The position numbers were made by a program, and so were the translations under genes. DNA of 64,000 nucleotides from Candidatus Dormiibacterota bacterium (GTDB taxonomy: Bacteria > Chloroflexota > Dormibacteria > Aeolococcales > Aeolococcaceae): positions 266,474 to 330,473 of the forward strand of contig PMOL01000004.1 of the NCBI GenBank assembly GCA_003162415.1, in the 5' to 3' direction. The notes under the pieces were generated by a model. It searched no databases. It worked only from the letters and a program-made list of their open reading frames with translations, and was not told the origin of the DNA. Of the stretch, positions 11,128 through 20,395 are shown piece by piece; within the stretch, counting starts at the first letter, position 1; each line of letters starts with the position of its first letter.

Positions 11128-12399
11128 CTACGTTCGGGTCCGAGCTTCCGCGAGCGGTGCGACCCGCAGCGTTGTGGTGCCGGCTGGCTGGTGCGATCGC
11201 CATGACGCCATGCAGGCGAGAACGGCTGCGGCGACCAGGGCCCAGCCGGCGAGCTGCCCTGGCGGAAACTTCGCTGCATCGGCGAAGTCCGCGAAAGCCC
11301 CAACGGTGATCAACCCCCAGGCGCAGAATGCCAGGCTCACCTGCGAGCTCAGCGTCAGGAGGTCGCTGGGTCTCATGAGCCGCGCCGCGGCTGCAACGCC
11401 GATGACCATGACGGGCGCGAGCATCACGAGGTCATCCGAGTACGCGTGCGGCGACGCGACCAGGGACAGCACCGCGGCGCCCACCAGCGCGGTGTCGAGG
11501 CGGCTCGGATCACGGCGGACCAGTGCCCCCAGCCACACGGCGGCTGCGCACGCGAGAAGGGTCGCGACCAGGCTGATCAGATGGGCGGCAGCACCGCTGC
11601 CGAAGAGGGAACCCACCACACCGATGAAGCTCAGCATGTTCGCCAGCACCCACCGAGTGGTGGACCCGGCGAGGATCTTGACGAACCCGTCGATGCCTGA
11701 CGGACCGACCAGCGCGAGCGAGGCAAGCGCCAATCCGCCCGCTCCGGCGATTGCGCCGAGAATGATCCGGCGCCGGCGCCAGCCGAGCAGAAACGCGAGC
11801 AGCCCGAGCGCCAGGTGCGGCTTTGCGATCCCCGCCGACACGACCAGCAGCGCCGCCCCTGTGGCCTGGTGGCCGCCCTTCCACGCCCGGTAGGCGAGCA
11901 CGATCCCGAGCGACAGGATTGGAGTCCACTGGGCCTGGATCAGCGTCGTCCAGGTGCCCATGGAGGCAAGCGCGGCGGCTCCCGCGGCAACCTTCCAGAC
12001 CCGCGGGGTCCCGGGCGGCCACTCAACCGACCGAATCGCGAGGACGATGGCGAGGAGGAGGACCGCTAGCTCGAGAATCCCCCAGAGACGGTAGGCGACC
12101 GGGAGAGGCAGGAACGTCGCGGGCAGCACCAGCGCGGCCGCTACGGGCGTGTTGACGAACGGCAGGTTCCCCTCGCGGTCAGGCGCGATCAACGCGCTGT
12201 GGAGCGGCTGCTGAACGGCTTCGTTGTAGAGGTCCCCGGTATGTCCTTCGCGAAGCAGCGTCCCGCCGACGTAGAAGGCGGTGAAATCACTCCGTCCGAC
12301 GTCGATGCTGCTCACCTGCGACCAGACGACCGCGTACGCGAGCAGCAGCGCGGCGGCGAAGGCGATGATCAGCCGAGCTGGCCGTTGAGATCGGCTCAC
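11128..12399 (-). CDS. polytopic membrane glycosyltransferase, GT87/DUF2029-like (mannosyltransferase family)
   Basis: ORF 11128..12672. Start moved to GTG 12399 because the upstream part overlaps the divergent gene region and looks non-coding. RSDFTAFYVGGTLLREGHTGDLY motif followed by ~10 TM segments. Confidence 0.7.
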   Translation of the reverse strand: MSRSQRPARLIIAFAAALLLAYAVVWSQVSSIDVGRSDFTAFYVGGTLLREGHTGDLYNEAVQQPLHSALIAPDREGNLPFVNTPVAAALVLPATFLPLPVAYRLWGILELAVLLLAIVLAIRSVEWPPGTPRVWKVAAGAAALASMGTWTTLIQAQWTPILSLGIVLAYRAWKGGHQATGAALLVVSAGIAKPHLALGLLAFLLGWRRRRIILGAIAGAGGLALASLALVGPSGIDGFVKILAGSTTRWVLANMLSFIGVVGSLFGSGAAAHLISLVATLLACAAAVWLGALVRRDPSRLDTALVGAAVLSLVASPHAYSDDLVMLAPVMVIGVAAAARLMRPSDLLTLSSQVSLAFCAWGLITVGAFADFADAAKFPPGQLAGWALVAAAVLACMASWRSHQPAGTTTLRVAPLAEARTRT

Positions 12400-12525
12400 C
12401 TTCGGGAGCCTATCCGCTGACGCCGGGAATGCCCGGGGTGTTATCAGGCCGTCACAGTGCCATCGATTTCGATTTCGACAGCGCTTTCGACGCGGCTCGA
12501 TGCCGTGCTGCGACACTTGAGCGCG

Positions 12526-12891
12526 ATGATCACGGCCGCACACGCAGTGCTGTATGCGGACGAGCCCGACCGGGCACGGGCCTTCTTTCGTGATGTGCTC
12601 GGTATGCCGAACGTTGACATCCACGGCGGATGGCTCATCTTCAAGCTGCCCCCGGCCGAGCTCGGTATCCATCCTGCCGGCGAGGACTCACCGGGCGGCC
12701 ACCACGAGCTGTTCCTCATGTGCGACGACATCGATCGCACCGTCGAGGAGCTCACCGCGAAAGGCGCTGAGTTCTCCGAGCCGATCAGCACCGCTCGTTT
12801 CGGGCGCCTCACCCGTCTGCGCATCCCCGGAGGCGGAGAAATCGTTCTGTATCAGCCTTCGCACGCCACCGCATACGACCTCGAACCCTGA
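12526..12891 (+). CDS. VOC (glyoxalase/bleomycin resistance) family protein
   Basis: MITAAHAVLYADEPDRARAFFRDVLGM...GHHELFLMCDDIDRTVEELTAKGAEF. Start at the internal ATG of ORF 12457..12891. Confidence 0.75.
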   Translation: MITAAHAVLYADEPDRARAFFRDVLGMPNVDIHGGWLIFKLPPAELGIHPAGEDSPGGHHELFLMCDDIDRTVEELTAKGAEFSEPISTARFGRLTRLRIPGGGEIVLYQPSHATAYDLEP

Positions 12892-12939
12892 AACGCGTCA
12901 CCGTCGTCACGTGCTCGGACGGCTCGGTACCATGAGGCG

Positions 12940-13857
12940 ATGAGTTCCGAAGCACGCACGCAGATGGTCCAGGCCCCCGATGGGCGGCAGCTCGAGGTGG
13001 TGTCCGCCGGACCGGAGGACGGCCGGTGCTTCCTCTTCCACAGCGGGACGCCTTCGGCAGCGGCTGCCTATCCGCCGCTGGTCGCGCAACTCGCCAAGCG
13101 CGGGTTGCGCCTGGTCACGTTCTCACGCCCTGGGTACGCCGCGTCGTCAGCCATGCACGGTCGTGGGGTCGGTGATGTGGCCACGGACGTGCAGGCGGTC
13201 ATGGACGCGCTGAAGATCGGCTCGTTCTTTTGCGCCGGTCAATCCGGCGGCGGTCCGCATGCGCTTGCGTGTGCTGCTTTGCTTCCGGACCGCGTCCTTG
13301 CCACAGCGTCACTGGCCGGGGTGGCCCCGTGGGGGGCCGACGGGCTCGACTGGCTGAGCGGCATGGGCCCGGAAAATCTCGAGGAGTTCGGCGCAGCCTT
13401 GAAAGGCCAGGAGGCCCTCGAGGCCTACCTCGAGCGTGAGGCCGCCGCGATTCACGACGTACGACCCGACGACGTGGCGGCGTCGCTGGGAGGCCTTGTC
13501 AGCGATGTCGACAAGGCGGCGCTCACCGGCGGGTACGCCGAGTACATGGCGAGCGTGCTCCATCGCGCAGTCTCAACCGGCATCGCGGGGTGGCGAGACG
13601 ACGACATCGCGTTCGCCAGCCCCTGGGGGTTCGACGTGGGGTCGATCCAGACGCCCGTGGCCGTCTGGCAGGGAGGCGAGGACCGTATGGTGCCGATGCC
13701 ACATGGCGCATGGCTCGCCGCCCACATCCCCGGAGCAGAGGTGCACCTCCTCCCGGAAGAGGGTCATCTCTCCCTCGCACTCAATAAGATCGGTGACGTG
13801 CTGGACGGCTTGCTCGCGATGAGCGAGGCAGCGGCGCGTCCGGCCGGCACATCGTGA
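12940..13857 (+). CDS. alpha/beta hydrolase
   Basis: Nucleophile elbow FFCAGQSGGGPHAL, HG-type oxyanion region LFHSGTPS, C-terminal His in EEGHLSL. Confidence 0.75.
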   Translation: MSSEARTQMVQAPDGRQLEVVSAGPEDGRCFLFHSGTPSAAAAYPPLVAQLAKRGLRLVTFSRPGYAASSAMHGRGVGDVATDVQAVMDALKIGSFFCAGQSGGGPHALACAALLPDRVLATASLAGVAPWGADGLDWLSGMGPENLEEFGAALKGQEALEAYLEREAAAIHDVRPDDVAASLGGLVSDVDKAALTGGYAEYMASVLHRAVSTGIAGWRDDDIAFASPWGFDVGSIQTPVAVWQGGEDRMVPMPHGAWLAAHIPGAEVHLLPEEGHLSLALNKIGDVLDGLLAMSEAAARPAGTS

Positions 13858-13908
13858 ACCCCGTATAGTCGCCGCAGCCTTCGAGGACGCGGAGAGGAGA
13901 TCAAACCC

Positions 13909-14847
13909 ATGACACCTGATGAGGTCAAGCAGAGCATCACCACTTGGTGCTCGTCCGATGACGACCTGGAGATTGCCTCCGACCGATTCGAGCCCGGCAC
14001 GGACTTCTCGTTCGGGCTGAAGGCCGGGACCCTGAGCTCCGCGCCAGTGGACCTGATCGTGCTCAAGGCCGACGGTGCCGACCGCGTCACCATCCGGCGG
14101 AGCGTCACCCTGACCGGCGACAACGTCGATGCGGCCAATCAACTGATCGCCTCGCGGCCTGGTTCGGTCACCGCGTCGGTGGAGCGCTCGGGCGCCGACA
14201 CCACCGTGGTCGCGCAGACGTACGTCTACCTCGACGGGCTGAGCAAGCACACCTTCGTGCAGGCGGTCGCCGAGCTCGCCCGGACCAGCACGTTGCTCGA
14301 CGCGATCGGTGGTGTCGAAACCGCCTCCGCGGTCGACCAGGAAGCCGCCGGGGTCGCCTCCGACGCTGTCGATGCGGACGCCGAGCCGGACTCCACGCCG
14401 TACGTCGACACTCCGCTGACGCCAACGCCGGCGGTTGCCCAGTCGACGTTCCAGCCCTCGCCGTCCCCGTCGATACCGCAGCCGAGCTCGATCCCGTCCG
14501 GGATCCCGGTCGGGCAGCCGTTGCCGACTCCCAGCTTCACGCCGCAGCCGGTCCAGGCGCAGCCGGCTTACACACCGCAACCGATGCAGCAGCCCTACCA
14601 GGCCCAGCCGGTCCAGGCGCAGCCCGCGCCCCAGCAGGCTGCCGGCGGATGGGCCCCGAGTCACTCCGTTCCACCCCAGGGGTTGCGCGCGTGGGGCGCC
14701 CCGGATCCTTCTGGACCGGTGGTTGCCAACCTCGCGCCCGGCTTGCCCATCCAGGTCGCCGAAGTTCGCGGCGCGTGGGCGCGAGTGATCTGCTCGAACG
14801 GGTGGACCGGCTGGATCGACGGCCGGATCATCGGCGTCGCTGCCTGA
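13909..14847 (+). CDS. hypothetical protein with P/Q-rich linker and C-terminal SH3-like domain
   Basis: Globular N-terminal ~140 aa, low-complexity PQPVQAQPAYTPQPMQQPYQAQP, then a bacterial SH3-like end LRAWGAPDPSGPVVANLAPGLPIQVAEVRGAWARVICSNGWTGWIDGR. Confidence 0.55.
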   Translation: MTPDEVKQSITTWCSSDDDLEIASDRFEPGTDFSFGLKAGTLSSAPVDLIVLKADGADRVTIRRSVTLTGDNVDAANQLIASRPGSVTASVERSGADTTVVAQTYVYLDGLSKHTFVQAVAELARTSTLLDAIGGVETASAVDQEAAGVASDAVDADAEPDSTPYVDTPLTPTPAVAQSTFQPSPSPSIPQPSSIPSGIPVGQPLPTPSFTPQPVQAQPAYTPQPMQQPYQAQPVQAQPAPQQAAGGWAPSHSVPPQGLRAWGAPDPSGPVVANLAPGLPIQVAEVRGAWARVICSNGWTGWIDGRIIGVAA

Positions 14848-14860
14848 CCTTCGTAGCGCG

Positions 14861-16435
14861 ATGAGCAGCGGCTCGGAGACGCCGAGCCTCGACGCGCTCA
14901 CCACCGCGCTCGGCGATCGCCGCGTGCGCTCCCTTGCCATGGGTGGCGAGGAGCGGGTCGCCCAGCAGCACGCCCGGAACAAGCTGACCGCGCGCGAGCG
15001 GATCGACCTGCTCTACGACGCGGGCACGTTTGTCGAGTTCGGCCTGCTCGCCCATCAACATTCGATGACCGGCGCAGCCACCGAACCGGAACGGACGCCG
15101 GCAGACGGTGTGGTCACGGGCGAGGGACTGGTCGACGGACGCCGCGTCTACTGCGCCGCCTACGACTTCACGGTGATGGCCGGCTCGATGGGGATGATCG
15201 GCGAGCAGAAGGTGGCCCGCCTGCGCCGGAAGGCGATGCTCAACCGCCTTCCCATGATCTGGCTCCTCGATTCAGCGGGCGCGCGCATCCAGGAGGCGGC
15301 GGGGAGCACATTCGCGGGCAGCGGGGCGCTCTTCTTCGAGCAGGTGCAGATGAGCGGCGTCGTCCCGCAGGTGGCGGCGATGCTCGGCCCCTGCGCGGCG
15401 GGCACCGCATACATCCCGGGGCTGGCCGACTTCGTCCCCATGGTCAAGGACACCAGCAGCATGTCGCTGGGCGGCGCGCGGCTGGTCAAGGCCGCGACCG
15501 GCGAGGAGACCACCGACCACGACATGGGCGGGAGCCAGGTGCACTGCTACGTCAGCGGCGTGGGAGATCTCGAGGTCGACGACGATGCGGCGTGCATCGC
15601 CGCGGTTCGCGACTTCCTCTCCTATATGCCATCGAATAACCGCGAGCAGGCGCCGCGACGTGAGACCGCCGATCGTCGCGACCGGCGCATCGACGACATA
15701 GAAAAGATCGTGCCCACCAACCCACGCGCCGCCTACGACATGCGCAAGGTGATCACGCGCCTTGCCGACGACGGCAACGTCTTCGAGATCAAGCCGACCT
15801 TTGCGCGCAACATCGTCACGGCGCTGGTGCGTCTCGACGGCCGGCCCGCCGGGATCGTCGCGAACCAACCGATGATCAAGGGCGGCGCGCTCGACATCGA
15901 CGCCGCCGACAAGGCTGCACGCTTCATCTGTCTGTGCGACGCGTTCAACGTGCCCCTGGTGTTCCTGCAGGACGTCCCTGGATTCATCGTCGGTACCGAG
16001 GTCGAGAAGCAGGGCATCATCCGGCACGGCGCGAAGATGCTCTATGCGGTCAGCGAGGCCACGGTTCCCAAGGTGACCGTCGTCCTCCGCAAGGCGTACG
16101 GCGCCGGGTATTTCGTCATGTGTGGTCGCGGCTACGAACCCGACACGCTGGTCGCCTGGCCGACTGCCGAGATATCGGTGATGGGACCCGAGGGCGCCGT
16201 CGACATCATCTTCACGAAGCAGATCGCGGCGGCCGCGGACCCGGCGGCGGCACGCGCCGAGTATGCGGCGGCAGTGCGTCAGACCATCGATCCTTTCATC
16301 GCCGCGTCATGGGCGATGGTCGACGACATCATCGACCCGGCGGACACTCGCCGGGTGATCATCGACGCACTCGAGGGTGCTGAAACCAAACGGCAGCGGC
16401 GCGCGTGGCGAAAGCACGGCGTGCCACCGGTATGA
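14861..16435 (+). CDS. acyl-CoA carboxylase carboxyltransferase (beta) subunit (propionyl/methylmalonyl-CoA type)
   Basis: Typical carboxyltransferase sequence: KLTARERIDLLYDAGTFVEFG..., FTVMAGSMG, GPCAAGTAYIPGLADF, LFLQDVPGFIVGTEVEKQGIIRHGAKMLYA. Confidence 0.9.
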   Translation: MSSGSETPSLDALTTALGDRRVRSLAMGGEERVAQQHARNKLTARERIDLLYDAGTFVEFGLLAHQHSMTGAATEPERTPADGVVTGEGLVDGRRVYCAAYDFTVMAGSMGMIGEQKVARLRRKAMLNRLPMIWLLDSAGARIQEAAGSTFAGSGALFFEQVQMSGVVPQVAAMLGPCAAGTAYIPGLADFVPMVKDTSSMSLGGARLVKAATGEETTDHDMGGSQVHCYVSGVGDLEVDDDAACIAAVRDFLSYMPSNNREQAPRRETADRRDRRIDDIEKIVPTNPRAAYDMRKVITRLADDGNVFEIKPTFARNIVTALVRLDGRPAGIVANQPMIKGGALDIDAADKAARFICLCDAFNVPLVFLQDVPGFIVGTEVEKQGIIRHGAKMLYAVSEATVPKVTVVLRKAYGAGYFVMCGRGYEPDTLVAWPTAEISVMGPEGAVDIIFTKQIAAAADPAAARAEYAAAVRQTIDPFIAASWAMVDDIIDPADTRRVIIDALEGAETKRQRRAWRKHGVPPV

Positions 16436-16445
16436 GGAGGGCAAC

Positions 16446-16658
16446 GTGACCGAGGTCAAGGCCGAGCTGGTGGGCAATCTCTGGAAGATCGTCGTCGAGG
16501 TGGGACAGGCGGTCGAGGAGGACGACACGCTGATGATCCTCGAATCGATGAAGATGGAGATTCCGATAACGACCCCGACCTCCGGCACCGTGAAGGAGAT
16601 CCTCGTCGCCGAGGGAGAGGTGGTCCAGGAGGGTCAGACGGTCGCCATCATCGATTGA
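16446..16658 (+). CDS. biotin carboxyl carrier (biotinyl/lipoyl attachment) protein, 70 aa
   Basis: Biotinylation motif ILESMKMEIPI. GTG 16446 is preceded by GAGGAGGG. The longer ORF form (16377) overlaps the upstream gene. Confidence 0.8.
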   Translation: MTEVKAELVGNLWKIVVEVGQAVEEDDTLMILESMKMEIPITTPTSGTVKEILVAEGEVVQEGQTVAIID

Positions 16659-16739
16659 CCGCACGGAGGCCATCATCTCGCGACGCAAGGGTTTCGTTGC
16701 GGTGGTGGCGCTCGGCGGCGCGCGTGCGACGATGAATCG

Positions 16740-17516
16740 GTGAATTCGAGCCAGCTCGACACCATCAGTGTCAAGACCTCGGACAACGTCACCCTTGGGT
16801 ACAGCGTCGCCGGTCTTGGTAGCCGCCTGGTGGCGCAGATCTTGGACAACCTGGTCGCGCTGCCGATCACGCTGGTCGCGATATTGCTCTACGGCGCCCT
16901 GGCGAGTGTCTTCGTGACCAGCGCGGAGGGCACGGGATTTGCCGATGCGGGCGCGGGGTTCTTCGCCGGCTTCGTCTACTTCGGATACTTCTTCGTGGCC
17001 GAGGTGGTGACCGGCGGCAAGACCCCGGGGAAGGCCGCCATGGGACTCCGGGTCATCCGGGTCGACGGTTCCGCAGCCGACTTCGGCGCCCTCGCGGTGC
17101 GCAATGTGCTTCGCATCGTCGACGTGGGAGTCGTCCTGATCGGCATCGTCATCATGTTCTTCCAACCCCAGACACGCCGTCTCGGTGACCTGGGCGCCGG
17201 AACGATTGTGGTGCGCGACCGAGCGATGGTCTCGCTCGCCGCCGCTGTGGCGCCACCACCGGTCATCCTGCGAACCCCCGACGCGGGACCGCCGATCGAT
17301 GGGCTCGACCATATCGGCGGCGTTGAGCGCGACGCGCTGCGTGTCTTTCTCTCGCGGCCCGGTCTGAGCCCGAAGTTGCGCGCCGATCTCGCGACGGATA
17401 TCGCGGGGCGCCTCCTCGACCGGCTCGGGCTCCCGCCCGGCGCGCCAGAGCGGCTCTGGCCCCCGGAGCTCTTCATCGAGCGGGCGTACCTCCAACTCGA
17501 TCAGCGCCACCAATGA
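16740..17516 (+). CDS. RDD-family membrane protein
   Basis: RLVAQILDNLVALPI...GKTPGKAAMGLRVIRVDG...RNVLRIVD, typical of the RDD domain. C-terminal soluble extension. Confidence 0.7.
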   Translation: MNSSQLDTISVKTSDNVTLGYSVAGLGSRLVAQILDNLVALPITLVAILLYGALASVFVTSAEGTGFADAGAGFFAGFVYFGYFFVAEVVTGGKTPGKAAMGLRVIRVDGSAADFGALAVRNVLRIVDVGVVLIGIVIMFFQPQTRRLGDLGAGTIVVRDRAMVSLAAAVAPPPVILRTPDAGPPIDGLDHIGGVERDALRVFLSRPGLSPKLRADLATDIAGRLLDRLGLPPGAPERLWPPELFIERAYLQLDQRHQ

Positions 17517-17538
17517 TCCTTTGCCATGAGCATCCGGG

Positions 17539-18531
17539 ATGAGCCTCGACGCCTTTATCGCTGAGCGCCAGGGGCGCTGGGGCGCATTGGAAGCTGCGAT
17601 CAAGACCGCCAAACGCGGACGGCTGCGCAATCAGTCCGCGAGCGACATCGAGCGCTTCGGCCTGCTCCTCCGTCAGACGTCGAGCGACCTCGCGATTGCG
17701 CGCCGCGATCACCCGGACGCGCCGATTACGGAGTACCTCAACACACTCTGCGCGAGGGCTCATCCGCTTCTCTATCGAGGGAGGGCCTGGCGCATCGGTG
17801 CGATCGCGCCGTTCTTCGCCACCGCCCTGCCGCGCTCCTTTCGCGCCGCGTGGCCGTACATCGTCACCAGCCTCGGGCTGACGCTGATCGGCTTCATCGC
17901 GGGCTGGCTCGCCGTGGACCTGCGTCCCGACCTGCGCGCATCGCTGGTGCCGCCGTCACTCTTCGATGAGATGGCGCGCGGCCAGATCGGCAGCGGCGTG
18001 CAGGACGCGCCGTTCGCGGCGGCTTTCATCATCCAGAACAACATTCGCGTTGCGCTCATCTGCTTCGCGGGCGGCATGTTGCTCGGGATCCCCACGGCAT
18101 TTGTCCTGCTCACGAACGGGTGGATGCTGGGCACCGTGGCTGCGGCGGTTCGCCTCGGTGGCTACGACTTCCAGTTCTGGTCGCTCATCGTGCCCCATGG
18201 CGTGCTCGAGCTCAGCGTGATCGTGATCAGTGGTGGCACCGGCCTCATGCTCGGCGACGCCATCCTCCGCCCGGGACAGCTTCGCCGGGGCGAGGCACTG
18301 GCGCGTGTGGCGGTGCGAGCCGTGCTGCTTGCCCTCGGTGCGGCCACCCTGCTCATCATCGCGGGCACCCTCGAGGCCTTCGTATCGCCGAGCTCCCTCC
18401 CGGGTGGGGCGAAGCTGGCGATCGGAGCCGGGGTCGGTGTCCTCCTCTACTCCTGGCTCATCCTGGCCGGTCGCGCTCCGAGGCGGCCACGTGGATTCAC
18501 GTTCGATCGCCCCGCGGAAACCCCCGCGTAG
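17539..18531 (+). CDS. SpoIIM-like (DUF95) membrane protein
   Basis: FIIQNNIRVALICFAGGMLLGIPTAFVLLTNGWMLG and HGVLELSVIVISGG motifs of the stage II sporulation protein M family. Confidence 0.7.
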   Translation: MSLDAFIAERQGRWGALEAAIKTAKRGRLRNQSASDIERFGLLLRQTSSDLAIARRDHPDAPITEYLNTLCARAHPLLYRGRAWRIGAIAPFFATALPRSFRAAWPYIVTSLGLTLIGFIAGWLAVDLRPDLRASLVPPSLFDEMARGQIGSGVQDAPFAAAFIIQNNIRVALICFAGGMLLGIPTAFVLLTNGWMLGTVAAAVRLGGYDFQFWSLIVPHGVLELSVIVISGGTGLMLGDAILRPGQLRRGEALARVAVRAVLLALGAATLLIIAGTLEAFVSPSSLPGGAKLAIGAGVGVLLYSWLILAGRAPRRPRGFTFDRPAETPA

Positions 18532-18541
18532 ACTGGAGTCG

Positions 18542-19420
18542 ATGGACGTTGTCCGGATCACGCCGCGTGGCTACTGCCACGGGGTGGTGGAAGCGATACG
18601 AATCGCAAAGCGTGAAGGCGCTGCTCGCGCGGGCAGCGAGCCGGTCACCATGCTCGGCTACCTGGTGCACAACGAGCACGTGACCCGCGAGCTGGAGGAG
18701 TCCGGGGTGGCGCTCGTGGCCGAGCCCGATCGAATGAAGGCGCTCGAGCAGGTCACCGAGGGAACCGTCATCTTCACGGCCCACGGCATCTCGCCGGCAG
18801 TCGTCGACGCGGCCCGAGCCCGGGGTCTCAACCTCGTCGACGCCACGTGCAGTGACGTCACCCGAACCCATGACCTCGTCCGTGAGCTGGTTTCCAGCGG
18901 CCACCACGTCATCTACATCGGGAAACGCGGTCACCCGGAGCCCGCCGGGGTGCTCGGCATCGCGCCGGAGCACACCACCCTGATCGAGAGCATCGAAGAG
19001 GTCGACGCGCTTGAGCTGCCTGACCAGCGACCACTCGCGGTCACATGTCAGACGACGCTGAGCATGTGGGACACACAGTCGATCATCGAGCGCCTGCAGG
19101 AACGATTTCCGACCATCGAGGTGCACAACGAGATCTGCCGCGCAACCCAGGAGCGGCAGGAGGCCGCTGTGCTCGCGGCCGACGACGTGGATTGCGTGGT
19201 CGTGGTCGGCAGCGAACGCAGCAGCAACAGTCAACGCCTCGTGCAGGTGGTTCGCGAGAAGGGTCATCGCCCCGCGTACCTGGTCGACACTGCGGCCGAC
19301 CTCGACCCGGCATGGTTCCGCGGCGTTCACCGTGTTGGTGTCACCTCTGGCGCCTCGACGCCGACGCAGATCACGCGCGCCGTCATCGCCGCGGTGGAGG
19401 CGATGCCCGACATCGCGTGA
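18542..19420 (+). CDS. ispH: 4-hydroxy-3-methylbut-2-enyl diphosphate reductase
   Basis: MDVVRITPRGYCHGVVEAIRIA..., FTAHGISPAV...LVDATCSDVTRTH, NEICRATQERQ. The N-terminal 104 codons of ORF 18230..19420 overlap the previous gene and are dropped. Confidence 0.9.
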   Translation: MDVVRITPRGYCHGVVEAIRIAKREGAARAGSEPVTMLGYLVHNEHVTRELEESGVALVAEPDRMKALEQVTEGTVIFTAHGISPAVVDAARARGLNLVDATCSDVTRTHDLVRELVSSGHHVIYIGKRGHPEPAGVLGIAPEHTTLIESIEEVDALELPDQRPLAVTCQTTLSMWDTQSIIERLQERFPTIEVHNEICRATQERQEAAVLAADDVDCVVVVGSERSSNSQRLVQVVREKGHRPAYLVDTAADLDPAWFRGVHRVGVTSGASTPTQITRAVIAAVEAMPDIA

Positions 19421-19708
19421 GGTGACGTTTCGGCTGCAAGGGTCACAAACCCCGGAAGCCTGCTAGTGTCCGCCTCGATGACCGAAGGAGGGCCGCCGCT
19501 TCCCCCGACTCGGGCGCCCGGTCAATCGGTCGCTTTGTCGGCTACGTGATAGCTCGATCCCCTTTGACATCGGCCTCATCTGGGCCGCCTTCGACCCGCG
19601 GAAGCAAGGCTGGCACGACAAGATCGCAAGCACATTCGTAGTCCGCAAAGTCTAGAATCCGGCCACCGACTCGCCGGACGAGACGGCCTTACCGAGGAGG
19701 AGAGCAAC

Positions 19709-20368
19709 GTGGCAGCACTGCCGCCCCAGCCACCAGGCAGCCTACCCCCGGAGCCGCCCGGCTTCACACCGGCCGGTGGGCCACCCCCGGTGGCACCGCC
19801 CCAGGGACCCTATTCGCCCGGCAACGCATACGCGGGCCAGATGCCGGCTCAGCCATACGTCTCGCAGCCGATGCCGCAGCCGGTCGTGGTCAAGGTGCAC
19901 AAGCGAACCTTCTGGCTGACGATCGCGCAGATCATCATCATCCTCAAGGCGATCCTGATCCTTCTGCTCGCGGCAGGGTCGATCGCAATCGGCGTGTACA
20001 TCCTTGCGGCGGGACACGCTGCGCTGCACAACATCCCGGGGTACGACAACTACGCAACGCAGTTCGGCAACTCATTCGTGAACGCTGCCGGAGCGCTCTT
20101 CTTCGCGTTCGCGATCGTGCCACTGATCATCGGCATCGTCGACCTCGTCCTCGGCATCATCGTGGGAAGGCCGTCACAGGTCGCACGCTGGATCATCGTC
20201 GTGCTCGATGTTCTCAGCATCATCGTCGCGCTCGCCGACTTCGGCCGTGTGAACACGAGCGCCGGTGACCTGATCCTCGTCGTGTACCTCGCGCTCCAGG
20301 TCATCGTCCTGTATGCGCTGTTAATCGACCCGCCGACACGAAGGAACTTCGCAGGGACCGCTCGGTAG
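19709..20368 (+). CDS. hypothetical membrane protein with proline-rich N-terminus
   Basis: GTG start preceded by GAGGAGGAG. Pro-rich ~60 aa, then four hydrophobic segments. No family recognised. Confidence 0.5.
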   Translation: MAALPPQPPGSLPPEPPGFTPAGGPPPVAPPQGPYSPGNAYAGQMPAQPYVSQPMPQPVVVKVHKRTFWLTIAQIIIILKAILILLLAAGSIAIGVYILAAGHAALHNIPGYDNYATQFGNSFVNAAGALFFAFAIVPLIIGIVDLVLGIIVGRPSQVARWIIVVLDVLSIIVALADFGRVNTSAGDLILVVYLALQVIVLYALLIDPPTRRNFAGTAR

Positions 20369-20395
20369 GTTGCCGAGAGCGGGCGCGTTCTGCGC

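Noticed and set aside
12455-12500. Direct repeats TTTCGA x3 (cgatttcgatttcgacagcgctttcgac) between the GT87 and VOC genes as an operator
   Set aside because: They are short and low-complexity, with no associated regulator gene. There is not enough evidence to call a site.
19658-19690. Guanidine-III (ykkC-III)-like string CCGGACGAGACGG upstream of the membrane protein gene
   Set aside because: Only one short block resembles the motif. The ACCCGG...CAGGACAAGACGG pseudoknot partner is missing, and the downstream gene is not a Gdx/SugE-type exporter.
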